From positions 17,269,615 to 17,333,614 of the forward strand of contig CAVNZM010000002.1 of NCBI GenBank assembly GCA_963693365.1: a DNA stretch of 64,000 nucleotides, read 5' to 3'. Origin of the DNA: Amoebidium appalachense. Taxonomy: Eukaryota; Protista; Ichthyosporea. The notes below the pieces were generated by a model. That model searched no databases. It was not told the origin of the DNA and saw only the letters and a program-made list of their open reading frames with translations. This document shows, in pieces, positions 1-20,278 of this stretch (within the stretch, counting starts at the first letter, position 1; each line of letters starts with the position of its first letter). The position numbers and the translations under genes are program-made.

Positions 1-786
1 GTGCCTGTGTGTGTGTGTATGTATGTGTTTGCCCCCACGCGCTTGGGTGTGGATATATGTTTGTGAGTGTGTGCTTGCATGCATGTGTGCGTGAGTTGTT
101 GAGTGTGTGTAACAGGGATTTTGCCTTTTTTTAAGGAAGGCGCGGGTGGGGGTGGGGGTTGAAGGTGGGAGGGGGGGTTGGATTGGGTTAGAGAATGTGT
201 TTTGAGGTGGGGTTGATAGAGTACACTACCAGTTCTTATGTCCAGTTTGAACCGTAACGCGCTCACAGAGTCACCAGCAACCAAACAAAACCACACACCC
301 ATTCTATGGTCTCTCCCCTGCACCCCCCTCTCCCCCCCCCCCCCCTCCTCTCCCCCTTTCCCACCCTCCTCTCGTCAATCCCCCTGTGATCACACCCGGC
401 CTCTTCCCTCTCACTGGCACCCTTGTTCACTTATACGAGCAGACACACTTAACAAATTTATCTTCTACAGTTCAAACAAATTTATCTTCTACAACACAAC
501 AACAGGGAGATTGTGTACTACGGTGGACCACGTGAGGGGGCAGAAGTAGAAATTAAAGGGGGGGGGGGGGGGGGGGGGGGGGGGGAAGAACCTATGTGCA
601 AAGGGGCTGAGGGGGGAATGGTGGGGGGGGGGGGGGGGGGGGGAGGAAACACAGACTATGCAATGGGGTCTAGAATATGACAAGCAAACAGGGAGCGGGA
701 CATATGCAGGAAAGGAGCAGAGCAGGCAGTGAGTGTGACCGGATGCGTGGGAAAGAAGTTGTGCAAGGGACCAAGGGGGGTGGGGT

Positions 787-817
<31 letters not shown>

Positions 818-940
818 AGGGGAGAAAGGGTCCGGGAAAAGAGTAGGGAAGGAGGAACAAGGGGGGCGGGGGCGGAGAGGGGGAGGGGGCGAGGAGGAAG
901 AAGGGGGAGGGGGGGGAGGGGGAAGTTGCGTTCAACACAC

Positions 941-3892
<2,952 letters not shown>

Positions 3893-4284
3893 TGCTGCTT
3901 GGTTGTGTGCCAATAAAAGGCGTAAATGGTTTTACCACTATTGCTTTTGGTGTTTCAAAAAACTGCTATATTCCAAAATGGCGGTATGTTTATATCATAT
4001 CATAAAAAGGCGGTATGTATGTTTGAACAATGTTTTCTTTTAGGAAGGGAGAAAGTGGTTGCGCAAGGCCTGCTGGGACGATAGCTATACTGCAGCCACC
4101 TGTGCACGTCACCCTCTTATGTCTCTGGCTATATAGCCTCCAGAAGCGCCGTGCCGTCGACGTCAGATTTGTTGCTGAGCTATGTGGTAAATGCGGTAAG
4201 GTGGACAAGGACAACACAAAGAAAACAAGCACAGAACAGAGGTTTCACACTGCCGGCACGCCGGCGCCCAGCCTCGGCGGCGGA

Positions 4285-4340
4285 ATAACAAAACCGCGGG
4301 AACACAGAGCCAATCAAAACGGCTGGATGACGTAAGAGGT
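4285..4340. promoter_or_regulatory. Putative ORC5 upstream promoter elements
   Basis: E2F-like GCGGGAA (4296-4302), CCAAT (4310-4314) and CRE-like TGACGTAA (4328-4335) cluster about 400 bp upstream of the ORC5 ATG. Motif match only. Confidence 0.35.
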
Positions 4341-4392
4341 CCGTGACAACACCTGCCTGTTGACGTTGCCGCAGCTTACAGTTTCTTCCGGG

Positions 4393-7972
<3,580 letters not shown>

Positions 7973-8164
7973 CTTCCGGGGGAGGGGAAAAAAAAGAAGA
8001 AAAAAAAAAAGGTGGTGGTGGTGGTGGTGGTGGTGGGGGGGGGGGGGGGGGGGAAGGGGGGGGGGGGAAAGAGGGGCGTTATTCTATTCTCGGGGTAGTT
8101 TCAAGATAGGACTGTTCTATCCGGATCCCAGGCGGTACATATACTGTATGGAGGCCTGGCCTGC

Positions 8165-8278
8165 AGCTGGGTCACTGACCTACAGTGGGTGTGAGAGTAC
8201 AGCCACTTTGCCGCATGTTTATCGAGCTATATAAATAGTTGGCAGTAGCTGCGGGCCACCAAAGCGTGCTGTGCCCCC

Positions 8279-8330
<52 letters not shown>

Positions 8331-8559
8331 ACCCACCCACCCACCCACCCACCCACCCACCCACCCACCTGAGACTGGTCTCTCTGTGCCTCGAGTACAG
8401 ACAGCCAAGTCAAACACAGCTCAAACCGGGGCACGGCAACTTCGAAGCTGGGTCACTGACCTACAGTGGGTGTGAGAGTACAGCCACTTTGCCGCATGTT
8501 TATCGAGCTATATAAATAGTTGGCAGTAGCTGCGGGCCACCAAAGCGTGCTGTGCCCCT

Positions 8560-8594
<35 letters not shown>

Positions 8595-8755
8595 CCCCCT
8601 CCCCCCCCCCCCCCCCCCCCCCCCCCCCCACCCACCGGGTGACCCACCCACCCACCCACCCACCCACCCACCCACCCACCTGAGACTGGTCTCTCTGTGC
8701 CTCGAGTACAGACAGCCTAAGTCAAACACAGCTCAAACCGGGGCACGGCAACTTC
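8165..8755 (+). repeat. Near-perfect tandem duplication of a ~280-310 bp unit
   Basis: Unit 1 (8165-8445) and unit 2 (8446-8755) both run AGCTGGGTCACTGACCTACAG...GGCACGGCAACTTC. They differ mainly in the poly(C)/(CCCA)n core. Confidence 0.9.
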
Positions 8756-9014
8756 CCAGAGGCTGGCGACGCCACGGTGGGCCCGCAGCGCAGTGGCCCA
8801 GCGGCAAATCCACCAACTGGAACCATCCATGAACCCGTGCATCGCCACTGTGTGATTTTTCGCTAATCAGATGCTGCAAGATGATTGCGCAAACACTGTG
8901 TGACGTCACAAGTACCCCTGGGCTGTTGCCAAGTTCCACAGCCGAGAACTGCAGGGATAACACACGCCAAATGCATGGCGTAATGAAAAGCAGATGAAAG
9001 TAGTTAGATTTCGT

Positions 9015-9056
<42 letters not shown>

Positions 9057-9146
9057 AGGGGGGGGGGATCATAGGCCTATTCATAAAGTGAAATACTACG
9101 ATAATTTCTCTGTGACAGCTGTGTGGGTAGGTGGCTCATAGCCTAG

Positions 9147-9327
9147 CCAATCATTTTTGGAAAGCAATAGGACAGTATGACCACCTTTGCACCAATCATA
9201 TCAAGTGTTCAAACATAAACCAATCACATTGCACTAAGTCATCCATGCTTCCCGCCTGGTATATAAAGTCGTTCCTCGTGCTATTGTCTTCATTCAACTC
9301 GTTTCCCGCTCCGTGTTGAACGTATGT
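9147..9327 (+). promoter_or_regulatory. Probable eIF4G core promoter and first non-coding exon
   Basis: Three CCAAT boxes (9147, 9192, 9220), TTCCCGCC (9249), TATATAAA (9260-9267), then a GTATGT donor at 9322. A further possible UTR exon lies at 9853-9892, and the ATG-containing exon is 10358-10401. Confidence 0.5.
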
Positions 9328-10386
9328 ATGAGGCATTATTGCCGAATTTGAGTTTTTCTAGCCTAAGGAGCCTGAAGAATCCATAGGCAATCGTGATGTA
9401 GGAGCATCAATCTCTCTATATCAGCAGGCTATCGATGTAGGGTAAAGGGTTAGGGTAGTTTTGGCGTGTTTTAGGGCTAGTTTGTACGAGTATAGGCACA
9501 GGTCAGTGAGACTTGGTTAGATGCCTAGGGCGGAGGAGCCACTACTACAAAAGGCAATTATGTACTTTCTGTAAGAAGTACGGCAGTGCTGCGCCACGAT
9601 TATTTGGTGTGACAGTAAGACGGTTTCACATTTATAGTGGATATTCAGGTGTGTGATGTCAGGACGGTGTTGCCTGTAGTAGTGGGTGTTACCGCCACAG
9701 GGCATGTGCAGATCTACGGCCGTTGGTTGGTGAACTGTGATTGTGACTGTCGAAAAGCAGTCTTCGTACTTGTTTGAAAGACGATAGATGTTAAGTGCAA
9801 TAAACATGGTTGGTTCTTGCTAGTTTCCAGTGCTTACACTGCCCCTTTGCAGACGGATCTACTAAGCTATACAACTTGTAAGCATCGCTCAGGTATGACC
9901 TGTTTGGCACCTTTGGTCCTAGAAGCAGTAAAGGAAGCTCCCCGTGCCGCTCTCTGAAAACGGCGATGGTCCGCCTCTCTTGCTATTGATAATAAAATTG
10001 CTCGTGGTAGTCGACTCTTTCTGGTCCATGTATTCAATGCAGAGGCAGAGCGAAAGGGAAGGCGGAAAGGGGTGTGTGTGTGTGTGTGTGTGTGTGCGTG
10101 TGTGTAGGTGGGGGGGGGGGGGGGGGGGGATATTGGGACATGTATAGATCTCCTGGGGTTTGAAGAGGGCTTTATGTGGTTCTGCCTAAAGGAGCAGTTC
10201 TGCTGGTAAATGAGCTGCTTTTTGCTATCCGACAGGGGTTCGGCAAAGGTTTTGAAAGGGTGTGTCTAGCCTCTGCTGTTGTCGTTTTGAATCTTGTGAT
10301 GGAGGCGCAAGCGGTTCGGACGCTCGATGCGTGGTTGACATGTCTTTTCTCACACAGGGGAAGTCAGACCTTGAAGCCGTTACATC

Positions 10387-12190
10387 ATGGAAGGGGGAAA
10401 TGTAAGTGCCTTGTAAAAATTGCATTTCTATCTCTTGACTGTGCTGAACAGGCTCGTGCACGCATACATTCGAGGGCGCCTATTTATACCTTTGTTACCC
10501 AACATTTCACCCACGTACACAACTCCAAGCACAAACACACACAAACAGACTGCGTAACGTTAGGCCCACTCACTTTAGCACGTGCACTCTTACAATTCAC
10601 AGATGCAGAATAAACAAGTCTACACACAAACCCAACCACACACACACACACACACGTGCTATGGCTATGCAGCAGTGATCGAGTGCACACTCCATACCTT
10701 CTTTCCAACACACCTGCTTGTAGCCTAGGACAGCATTTCTGTTGACATACCCCCCATATACATACACAAAACATCCTCACATATCTTTTGCAAGAGGGTG
10801 ACAAAACATGTTTCTTACTGGGGGTTTCATTGTATTCAGCCCCAGCAGTCGCCCCAGCAGGGTGCGCCACCAAACAGACAGCAGAACCCCTATGCCAGAT
10901 ACCCACAGGTGCGTAGTGCATGGTGCACGTGCAGTGAGACACTTATATTTGAAATGTACACCTGACACACGCATCCGTCTGGTGGAAGACATTCACCTGT
11001 GTTCATACAAGAAAAGTACTTGGGTGATCGAAGGTCGTTTGGTACCGTCCGCACATGCATCGTGTACTTGCGCATGTGCGAACACACACAGACATGTGCG
11101 CGCGCACATGCAAGTACGCACACACGCAAACACATTAAATTGCACATGAGTTTACACGCGCATGCTTGCACGGACACAGACACACACTACGACCCCCCCT
11201 TATGCTACGAGCCTAGGCAATGCTGCCCTACACGTTCCCCGTTTCCTTTTGACGTGCTTGCAATGACGAGCTTGCAACGCAAGACTCAAGAAATATTATG
11301 ACATGCACTATGCACGAGGGCACACATTGTTCCTTGGCACTTTCTTGACACACACGCACATGGACACGTACACTCACACACACACACACACACCACACCT
11401 ACACACTCTTGACACACCCGTGCATGAACGCACACACACACACATGCTTACAAGCTCTTGACACACCCGTGCATGGACGCGTACACACACATAACACGTA
11501 CACTCACCTGACGCACCTGTGCATGGACACGTACACACACAAACACACACACATCCACTCACACACACACCCAGCTCCCCCCTTCCCCTCCCCCCTTAGG
11601 CCCCCAGGAGGATGGGCTCTGCTCGTAATGCACGCTCTATACTTTTCCTTTTCAATCTGCACTGTTATCCGAATGCATACTTCATACTCGTGATGCGTTC
11701 TTAACGACTATGTCGGGGTTTCTCGATTCTGACGTAATTTTTTATCCATGTCCGGACTTTCCTAAAATGAACATTTCATAGATGGCAATTACCAATCAGT
11801 GCGCTCAGTTTTATCGGATTCGGCTGCCCGTGAGACACCATGTGCGTGATCCGGTGACTTCATTTTGAAATTCGTGACATCATCATTGACATCACGTTTA
11901 TATAGATTTCGTCATAACTACGTCATAATCGAGAAACCCCGACATAGACCTTAACCCCCCCCCCCCCCCCCCCCCAAACACACACACACACATACACACA
12001 CACACACAGGGTCAGCAGGGGCAGCAGATGGGCCACCCGCAATACGGTGGCATGGCTCCCCACGGCCAGCAGGCGCCCCCCCACTCGGGCAGGCCAGGCC
12101 CCCAGGCAGGTGCCCCTTACGGCACATCCCCAGGCACTGCCTACCCGGCCGGATATGTCCCCGGCACCTCGTTTCAGGTATTGTGTGTGT

Positions 12191-12221
<31 letters not shown>

Positions 12222-14871
12222 AACATGCTGCTGTGCCCCTCCGTGCCTCTTGTTTCATCCACTTGCTCGCTGATGTGGGTTGCCGGTGTGACTGCACTTC
12301 AACGTGTCTATGTGCATGTACGTGTGCCCACCTGTCGGTGGATAGCTTGTGCTCGTGTGCGTTGGTGGCTGTGCTGCGAATGTGACGGGAGTGTGGCCCT
12401 TGGCCTTCATGTTGTGTACGTGCATGCATGGTGTACAGCCCAGAGTTGTTCCTTGGGTTGAACTCAGACACTTCATATGGTAACAGTCAGCTGGGGTGTG
12501 CAAGCGGAGGAGTGGGGTTCATAAAACATGAACTGAGGCATGGTTTTGTGTGCAGCCGCAGATGGCCTATGCTGGGCAGCAGGGCTACTACTATCCGCCT
12601 CAGCAGATGGCCGGCTACGTCTACATGGTGCCTATCCCCCCCCCCCCCCCCCCCCCCCCCCCTCACCCCTCACCCCATTTCCTCCTTCACCTCCCTATGT
12701 ATTCTGAATTTGCCGTATTTGTACTCAACTTCCCCCCCCCCCCCCCCCCCCCCCCCCCGGATTCTCGTTTTCCAAGAGCATGCACACGATTGAAAACTGT
12801 TTGGCAGTCCGTTTCCCTTCCCTGGCTGGGCTATTCTTGGGATGGCTCAATATGTACCTTTCACGAGAAGACACTCGAAGTCAAAGTCCGACTGGCATTG
12901 GTTGAGCTAACTTAAATATCCAGTGGTAAACAATCGTTTTGAATATATAGTTTGATCTGAGACCAAAGGGATTTGATGATTGGTCGATTTCAAAGATCAA
13001 ATTCAATCGTCATCTGGTGAAAAATAGTTCTTTAATCGGAAACACGTGAAAAACACGTCTATTCTAATAAAACATCTTCTGTTTGCGCGTTGTAACAAAC
13101 AAATGGTATTGTTCGATAGAGGAAAAATTTAGCTTTTTAATTAATAAAGGCTTGATGGGATTTTGATCGGTGCGAAGGATCGAAATTTACGAAAAACCAA
13201 AAGTGTCTTCTCGTAGAGGCACATATTAGTGGTTTTTCTGCTTGTTTTTGTGATGCAGACCCCCAAATTTGTGCTATTCTTCCCTCCCCCTCCCGTCCAA
13301 ACACACACGCACACGCACACCACACACACTCAACTCACTCATTCAGGCATAGACACAGGCACACACAGACACACCTAAGCGGATGTATTTGTGTACCCCT
13401 GAGGATGGACTCTGCTTATTATGTACACTCTCTCTGTGTGGCTTACACTCTGTATTGTGCGTGATAAATGTGTAATTCGTATTCTTAAACACATTCTACC
13501 CCCCCCCCCCCCCTCCCTTCATGTTCACAATTGTAACTTATTTATCGCACCGTGTCTGCCTTGTGACTGACCTTGATCTGCAGCCTCCCCCTGGTGCCTA
13601 TCCTCAAGCAGCCACAACTGGGCAGGCTGCCCGGCCTCCTCCCAAGCGTGAGGTGTGTGTCTGTATGTTTGGGTGTGTATGTCTGTATGTATGTGTGTGT
13701 GCGTGGCTGTGTGGTTGTGTTGCCAGTTTGTTGTGCTCCTGGTAGTGCAAATTGGTGCTTTGTGGCTGGACTTTTAGAGGTCATCACGCTTTTGATGGGA
13801 GAGGCACATTCAGGCTTGTGGTCGGTACTGATTATGCACCATGCATCTCCACCCTCAGTTACTCCTGCCACCCGGCACCTCACCTCGCTCCTTTCTCATG
13901 TCTTCCCCCTAATTCATACTTCCCTCGTTTCTTTACCCTCTCAGCGCAAGGCCATTGCCATCATCGACCCCACCACCAACGAGGAAGTGAAGATCGAGGG
14001 TGTCGACAAAAAGGAGAGGAAGGTGAGTGTGTCGGAGGACGCAGAAAAGAAGGGGGATGAATCAAAGAAGAAGGAAGAAGATGAGAAGAAGAAGAAGGAG
14101 GAGGAGGAAAAGAAAAAGAAAGACGAGGAGGAGAAGAAGAAGAAAGAGGAGGAGGAGAGGAAAAAGAAGGAGGAGGAAGAGGAGAGGCTGAGAAAGGAAA
14201 AGGAGGAGGAGGAGAGGAAGAAGAAGGAAGAGGAGGAAAGGCTTAGAGCAGAGGAGAAGAAGAAGGAAGAAGAGGAGAGACTGAGACAGGAGGAAGAGGA
14301 GAGAAAGAAGAAGGAAGAGGAGGAGGCCAGGTTGAAACAGGAGGAGGAAGATCGCAAGAAGGAGGAGGAGGAGAGACTGAAAGCGGAAGAGCAGGAGAAA
14401 AAGAAGGAGGAAGAGGAACGGGCCAAGCAGGAGGAGGAAGAGAAGAAGAAGAAGGAAGAGGAGGAGAGGAAGAAGAAGGAGGAGGAGGAGAAGGCGCGCA
14501 AGGAGAAGGAGGCGGAGGAGAACAAGAAGAAGGACGAGGAGTTGCGTAAGCAGCTGGAGGAGTTGGAGGACGGCGAAATAGTCGACAGTGCCGATGAGCC
14601 TCCCCGCAAGAAGCGCGCCATCAATGTCGTCTACCCGGCTGACTGCTGGTCGCCTACACACACCAGCGGCAAGGTGGGTTACTGGCACAATTGCACACAC
14701 ACGTATGCTTGAATGCACATGCATGCACACACACTCACACACGTACACACACACGTACACAGGCCCCCACATACTAATGTGCACATATGCACACACACAC
14801 ACACGTACACATGACTGTTCTATGTGCCATGTCTTTGTTTGAATACTCCTTGTATGAGCATATCCATCAGC

Positions 14872-14904
<33 letters not shown>

Positions 14905-16179
14905 CAAAAAGACAAAAAGACATGGTGTTGTGAGAGACTCATGAGTGCAAGTATTCTCTTCTCTATGTTAACCAAGAAACTGATGTGGTGCTGACCCCAT
15001 GTGTCGTCCTGCAGAAATGGTACCCGATCGACCTGCTGCTGCAGTTCAAGGATGTGTGCCTCACTGCCCCGGCCGGTACGTTACTTGCATGCACACCACA
15101 CACGTACTGTGGATTGGGGCCTGGCTGTGTGGATTTGTGCTTGCTCTATGGCGATAAGAGGGGAACGGGGTGGGAAGGAGGAGTAGGGATGCAGAGCAAA
15201 ATACCAGAGGTGCGATCACTTTATGTCCTGGGATTGTGGATGCGTGCCTTTTTTCACGGCTGTGTGCACGCACTCGCCCTGACCCCCTCTATTGTCACGT
15301 GCAGATGCCGTGCTACCGCAAGACCTTCTGCCCGGTGGGCGGCCGCCATCGACCAGCTCTCGGGGTGGGGCTGGGGGCTCGAGGGGCGGCAGGCCCAACC
15401 CAAGGGCACCCAGTCAGGATGGCCGTGGCGGTGACTATGTACGTGCCCTTGCATGTGGTGTTGGTTGCTACACCCCATTTTTTGCATTGCTTTTTAGTGT
15501 TTTCGGGCCATGTAACCCTCCCTTCCTCGTCCCCCTCTGGGCGGAGGCACAAGCTGCATGCGCACACATAATTCGCATGAGGGGAAAGCAAATGTTTTGC
15601 ATGGTGACTTCTTGTTTTGTGCGGCCTCAAACTCGTCGTCTTTTGCTTCTTGGCGGCCTGTCGGTCCGCCCATATTTCTCTTTGTGTTTGGGGAAAGCGT
15701 TTTCCTTCACTTCTGTGTCCTCAGTAGGATGTATGGGTGGGCAAAATCAGAAAAACGGTGTGGGGGTGGGGGTGTGCATGTGCTTCGGGTGCATGTGTTC
15801 GTCCCCTTGTTTCCGTATGTTGTGATGTGCAAGGTGTGCACTCGCTGGCTCAGGCTGCCGGCCATGCACAGATGTGTAGAAGCCACCTCACGTGTGTTGA
15901 ATGTCTGTGTTCATCTGCGTCGAAGTGCACATGTCTCTGTGTGCGATGTTCATGTGCGCTGGGCTGTGTGGGGGCGCTAACGCACATTTGTGCACAGCGG
16001 GGTGGCCCACTTATCTCATTCGGGCCCCAGGGCCAGATGGTCTACCAGCAGCCTCCCGGTGGACGTGGTATGTGCTCAGCCCCTCTCGTCCTCCGCTCCT
16101 CTCCTTGCAGCACCTCTGCTTCTCTGCTTCTGTGCACCTCCTCTATTGGCCTTTGTGGTCACAAACACCTCGTAGATGT

Positions 16180-16222
<43 letters not shown>

Positions 16223-17025
16223 TGCACTCTGCATCATGTTGTCAGTTGTTTATGTGTACTTCGTACTTTATAGGGCATTCGACCCCCCCCCCCCCCCCCC
16301 CCCCCCCTTCCCACCAAGGGATGACAGTGTGTGCATGTGTGGATGCACTTAGTGGTATGGGCCACAGTCAAGCACGCACACAGGACTGAAGGGTGTGTGT
16401 CTGTGCAGGACCTGTGCAGCGTCAGCAGTCTGGGGGCATGCGTGGCGGCGGCAGGCAGGGCGGCAGGGGTGGCCGTGAGGGCAGCAGGGATGGCCGCAGG
16501 CAGCAGCAGCAGGGCTCACAGCCCATCCTGCCGGACGAGGTGCACACACACATACACACACACAAACACAAACACACAAACCACCTGCAGACGTGCACCG
16601 GATGGTGGCAGGCTATGCACACATGCAGATATGGCAGGCACAAGCACACTGACACCATGCCGGCTAGTGGGGTACTGCTGTGTACCCACATTCAGACAGG
16701 AAACAAAGGGTAGAATGGGCCGCGTTATATCGGTTAGGATAATGGGCTAAGTAACATGGCGAATAACCAACACACCTCCCCCTGTATGTGTGCCTACACG
16801 CTGCCCCTCTTCCTCCATGAACATACATGTTCTGACAGTGTGCATACAGAGCATCGAGCCTATCCCGGTCAGCGGGGAGAATGCCTGGAAACCCCGTGCA
16901 GCCGTGGACGTCAACGCCCTGGATGAGGAGAAGCGCAAGGTCAGTCCCCCTACGTGCATGCTGTCAGCCAGCGCACATGTGGTTGTCTGGCCCATGGCCA
17001 CAGCACAAAATCCCTGTGCACGACT

Positions 17026-17075
<50 letters not shown>

Positions 17076-17449
17076 ACACACACACCACCCCCACCCCGAC
17101 CCCCACCCCTGACGATGTGGTCTTGTTGTTGTGCATCCCACGTGCGTGCCTTTTTTTCGTGCAAAATCTGGCCTGTGATCTTTGTTGCGCATGCTAACAG
17201 TGGCTGTGAGCAGGAGGTCGAGGACGAGAACCTGTTCCGCAAGATGAAGTCGCTGCTCAACAAGCTGACGCTGGACAAATTCGAGAAGCTGTGTGGCCAG
17301 ATCATGGCCCTGGAGATCAACACCCCCCGCAGGATGGAGGGCTGCATCGTCCTGGTCTTCGACAAGGTGTGTGTGTGTGTAGGGGGGGGGGGGGGGGGGG
17401 GGGGGGGGGGATGATTGGGTGAGTGGGTTGATGTGGGCGTTTTGGGTGT

Positions 17450-17481
<32 letters not shown>

Positions 17482-17538
17482 GTGTGTGTGTGTTTGGGGT
17501 GGGGGGGGGGGGGGGGATGTTTGTTGTAGGGCTTGTGG

Positions 17539-17587
<49 letters not shown>

Positions 17588-18800
17588 TTGGGGGGGGGGA
17601 GGGGAATGGTATATCTATATACATGCGGATGGCAGGGCCGGTAGTTGATGGGCAGACATGCATGCTGACTGTTCACTCTAGGCACTAGATGAGCCCGGGT
17701 TTGCCAGCATGTATGCCGACCTGTGCAAGCGGCTCAGCACCCTGGAGGTCAAGGTCCCCGAGACCCCCGGGCAGAGCGATGCCGAGAAGAAGAAGAAGGA
17801 GTACAACTTCAGGCGCTTGCTGCTCAACAAGTGCCAGGTACACCGCATGCCATGGCTCACCATGCTTGCCCACTTACATGCATTCATACTAATCACACAC
17901 ACACACACACACTTGCACAGGTTGAGTTCGAGAAGGAGCGGGACATTCCCCCCCGTCAGGAGGGAGTAGCTGCCGAGGACGAGGACATCAAGGTTGTGCG
18001 TGCCCGCCTTCGCATGTTCGGCAACATCAAGTTCATTGGTGAGCTGTTCAAGCGCCACATGCTGACGGAGAAGATCATGCACGAGTGCGTCAAGCAGCTG
18101 CTGTCGGCAGACAAGCGCGCAGGCAACGACAAGAAGCTGCCCTCGGAGGAGGCAATCGAGTGCCTGACTAAGGTCGGTGCCTGCACATGTCCAAATGGTT
18201 GTAGATGGGTTGGTTTCTTTTTGTTTTTTCAATATCCTTGCCTGCCTCCATGCCTGCAAGCTCCTCTTGCACGGTGGGGGGGCCATGCTACGCATATTAT
18301 GTTGCTGGTGGCTGCTTGCATGCACGGTGTGCTGACGTGTTTCCTGCAGCTGCTGTCGACGGTGGGCAAGATGCTGGACCGGCCCGAGGCAAAGTCCCAC
18401 ATGGACGCATACTTCCAGCGCCTGGGGGAGCTGGCAAAGCAGAAGGGTAGGCTGCCTGCCTGGTGTGGTAGACATGGGTGTAGTCTGGGTGTGTGTGTGT
18501 AGAGTTGTGGACTGCACGGTCGTAGTGGCCTTGTGTGTACATGCACACAGTGTGATATGTACCTTGGGGGATGGAATAGTGGTCTGAGGTTATCACAGTA
18601 TCTTGGCTGGCATTCGGTTGGTAGATTTCTAACCTTGTTCTGCCTCCCTCCGTCTCTCTCTTATTTTCAATGAAACGATTGCATTCACAAACGGCCTACA
18701 CACCCCGTCACAAACCCAAACACAGGCATGCATGCACACAGACACACATTTGCACACTTGCTTGCGTGCACACACATACACACGCACGTGCACGCGCCCC

Positions 18801-18832
<32 letters not shown>

Positions 18833-18966
18833 ACACACACACACATCGTCGATGGTGCTTCTGCCCGGTCCCTCCAACACTGCTAACGTCCAACAGATGG
18901 TAATGCTATTGATTATTGAATTGTGCACTAATATTAGGTGCCCCCGGTGTGGGTGGGTGGGTAGGT

Positions 18967-19004
<38 letters not shown>

Positions 19005-19382
19005 TGGTGGTGGTGGTGGTGGTGGTGGTGGTGGTGGTGTGTGTGTGTGTGTGTGTGTGTGGGGGGGGGGAGGAGGGGGGGGGGGGGGTTCATTCGATGG
19101 GTAACTGGGAATAGGATGTTAATACTGTGAACGTTGTATGGCCTGACGTAGGGCTTGTAGAGCCCGTGATTAACCTGTGTTATTATGTGGCAAGGTCAGT
19201 TCAAGATGCACACGTACCGGCCACCTCTTTTGGCACACACAGACACACACACAGGGCCATGGGCATGACGCATTCATGGTGCTGTGTGCTAACACCGTCC
19301 ACCCTCAGCCTTCCCATCACGTATTCGTTTCCTGATCCAGGAGGTCATCGACCTGCGCCACCAGAAGTAAGAGCCCCAGCAG

Positions 19383-19415
<33 letters not shown>

Positions 19416-20278
19416 CGCCCGTGCAGACGCAATTGATGACTTGGGCCCTCCCTGCGGATGGGCTCTGCTTATGACACATACTGTGCGCATGGCTGATGTT
19501 GCATACTTGAATGTTTGCCTTTGCATGTGTCCTGCACCATGCTTCTCATCGTGTATGCGTACTTCGTACCGTGTTCCGCATTCAAACCCCCCCCCCCCCT
19601 CCCCCCCCCCCAATGACTTGGGCCCTCCCTGAGGATGGGCTCTGCTTATGACGCATACTGTGCGCATGGCTGATGTTGCATACTTGATTGTTTGCCTTTG
19701 CATGTGTCCTGCACCATGCTTCTCATCGTGTATGCGTACTTCGTACCGTGTTCCGCATTCAACCCCCCCCCCCTCCCCCCCCCCCCCCCCCCCCCCCCCC
19801 CGTGTTACTACTCTGCGGCGTGGGTCAAATCTCATATTTTCCCCTCTGATTGCGAATTCTGCGGCCTTCGGGACTTAATTCTTTTCAGCTGGTGTAGTAT
19901 GTTAGCCAGGGAAGTATCGACTTAGGTAGCGACGGGAGAGCTTCCTAGAAGCCCCGTCTCCTGAGTTACTATTTATATTTTTCTTGCTTCAAGCTTACTG
20001 CTGCAACTTTAACCCCCGGCCTTTCCCACTGCCCTTGCCTGCATAAGCAACCCTGCTCGTCTCTGATCAAGACGGGTGACCTACCCATGTTCAAGTGAAA
20101 CAGTATCTGAGTTGGGTTTCATTAACGAGGTGAATAGGTTGAAACTCGGGTAATGTGGATGACGTGGCCCCCCCCTGAGGATGGGCTCTGCTTATTATGC
20201 ATACTCTTTATGTATGGCTTGCATTCTGCATCGTGTTATCCGTTTGTTCTTGTGTACTTCGTACTTTTTGACGCATTC

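Noticed and set aside
3975-4136. Plus-strand mini-gene ATG GCG|GTATGT...TAG| divergent from ORC5
   Set aside because: The spliced product is only about 32 aa with no recognisable features, and AAAATGGCG is also a common promoter motif.
9517-9807. 96-aa minus-strand ORF
   Set aside because: It lies antisense within the probable eIF4G 5'-UTR intron, with no recognisable motifs or host-like codon bias.
9853-12030. Non-AUG initiation of eIF4G (as in NAT1/DAP5)
   Set aside because: An in-frame ATG in good context exists at 10387 (ATG GAA GGG GGA AAT|GTAAGT).
13941-14907. Long minus-strand S/F/L-rich ORFs
   Set aside because: Antisense shadows of the purine-rich E/K exon of eIF4G.
20170-20200. 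Hammerhead ribozyme or Penelope-type terminus suggested by CTGAGGA in the repeat family
   Set aside because: No downstream GAAA core or stem II in any copy. The TGA is better explained as the stop codon of an ORF ending in PP.
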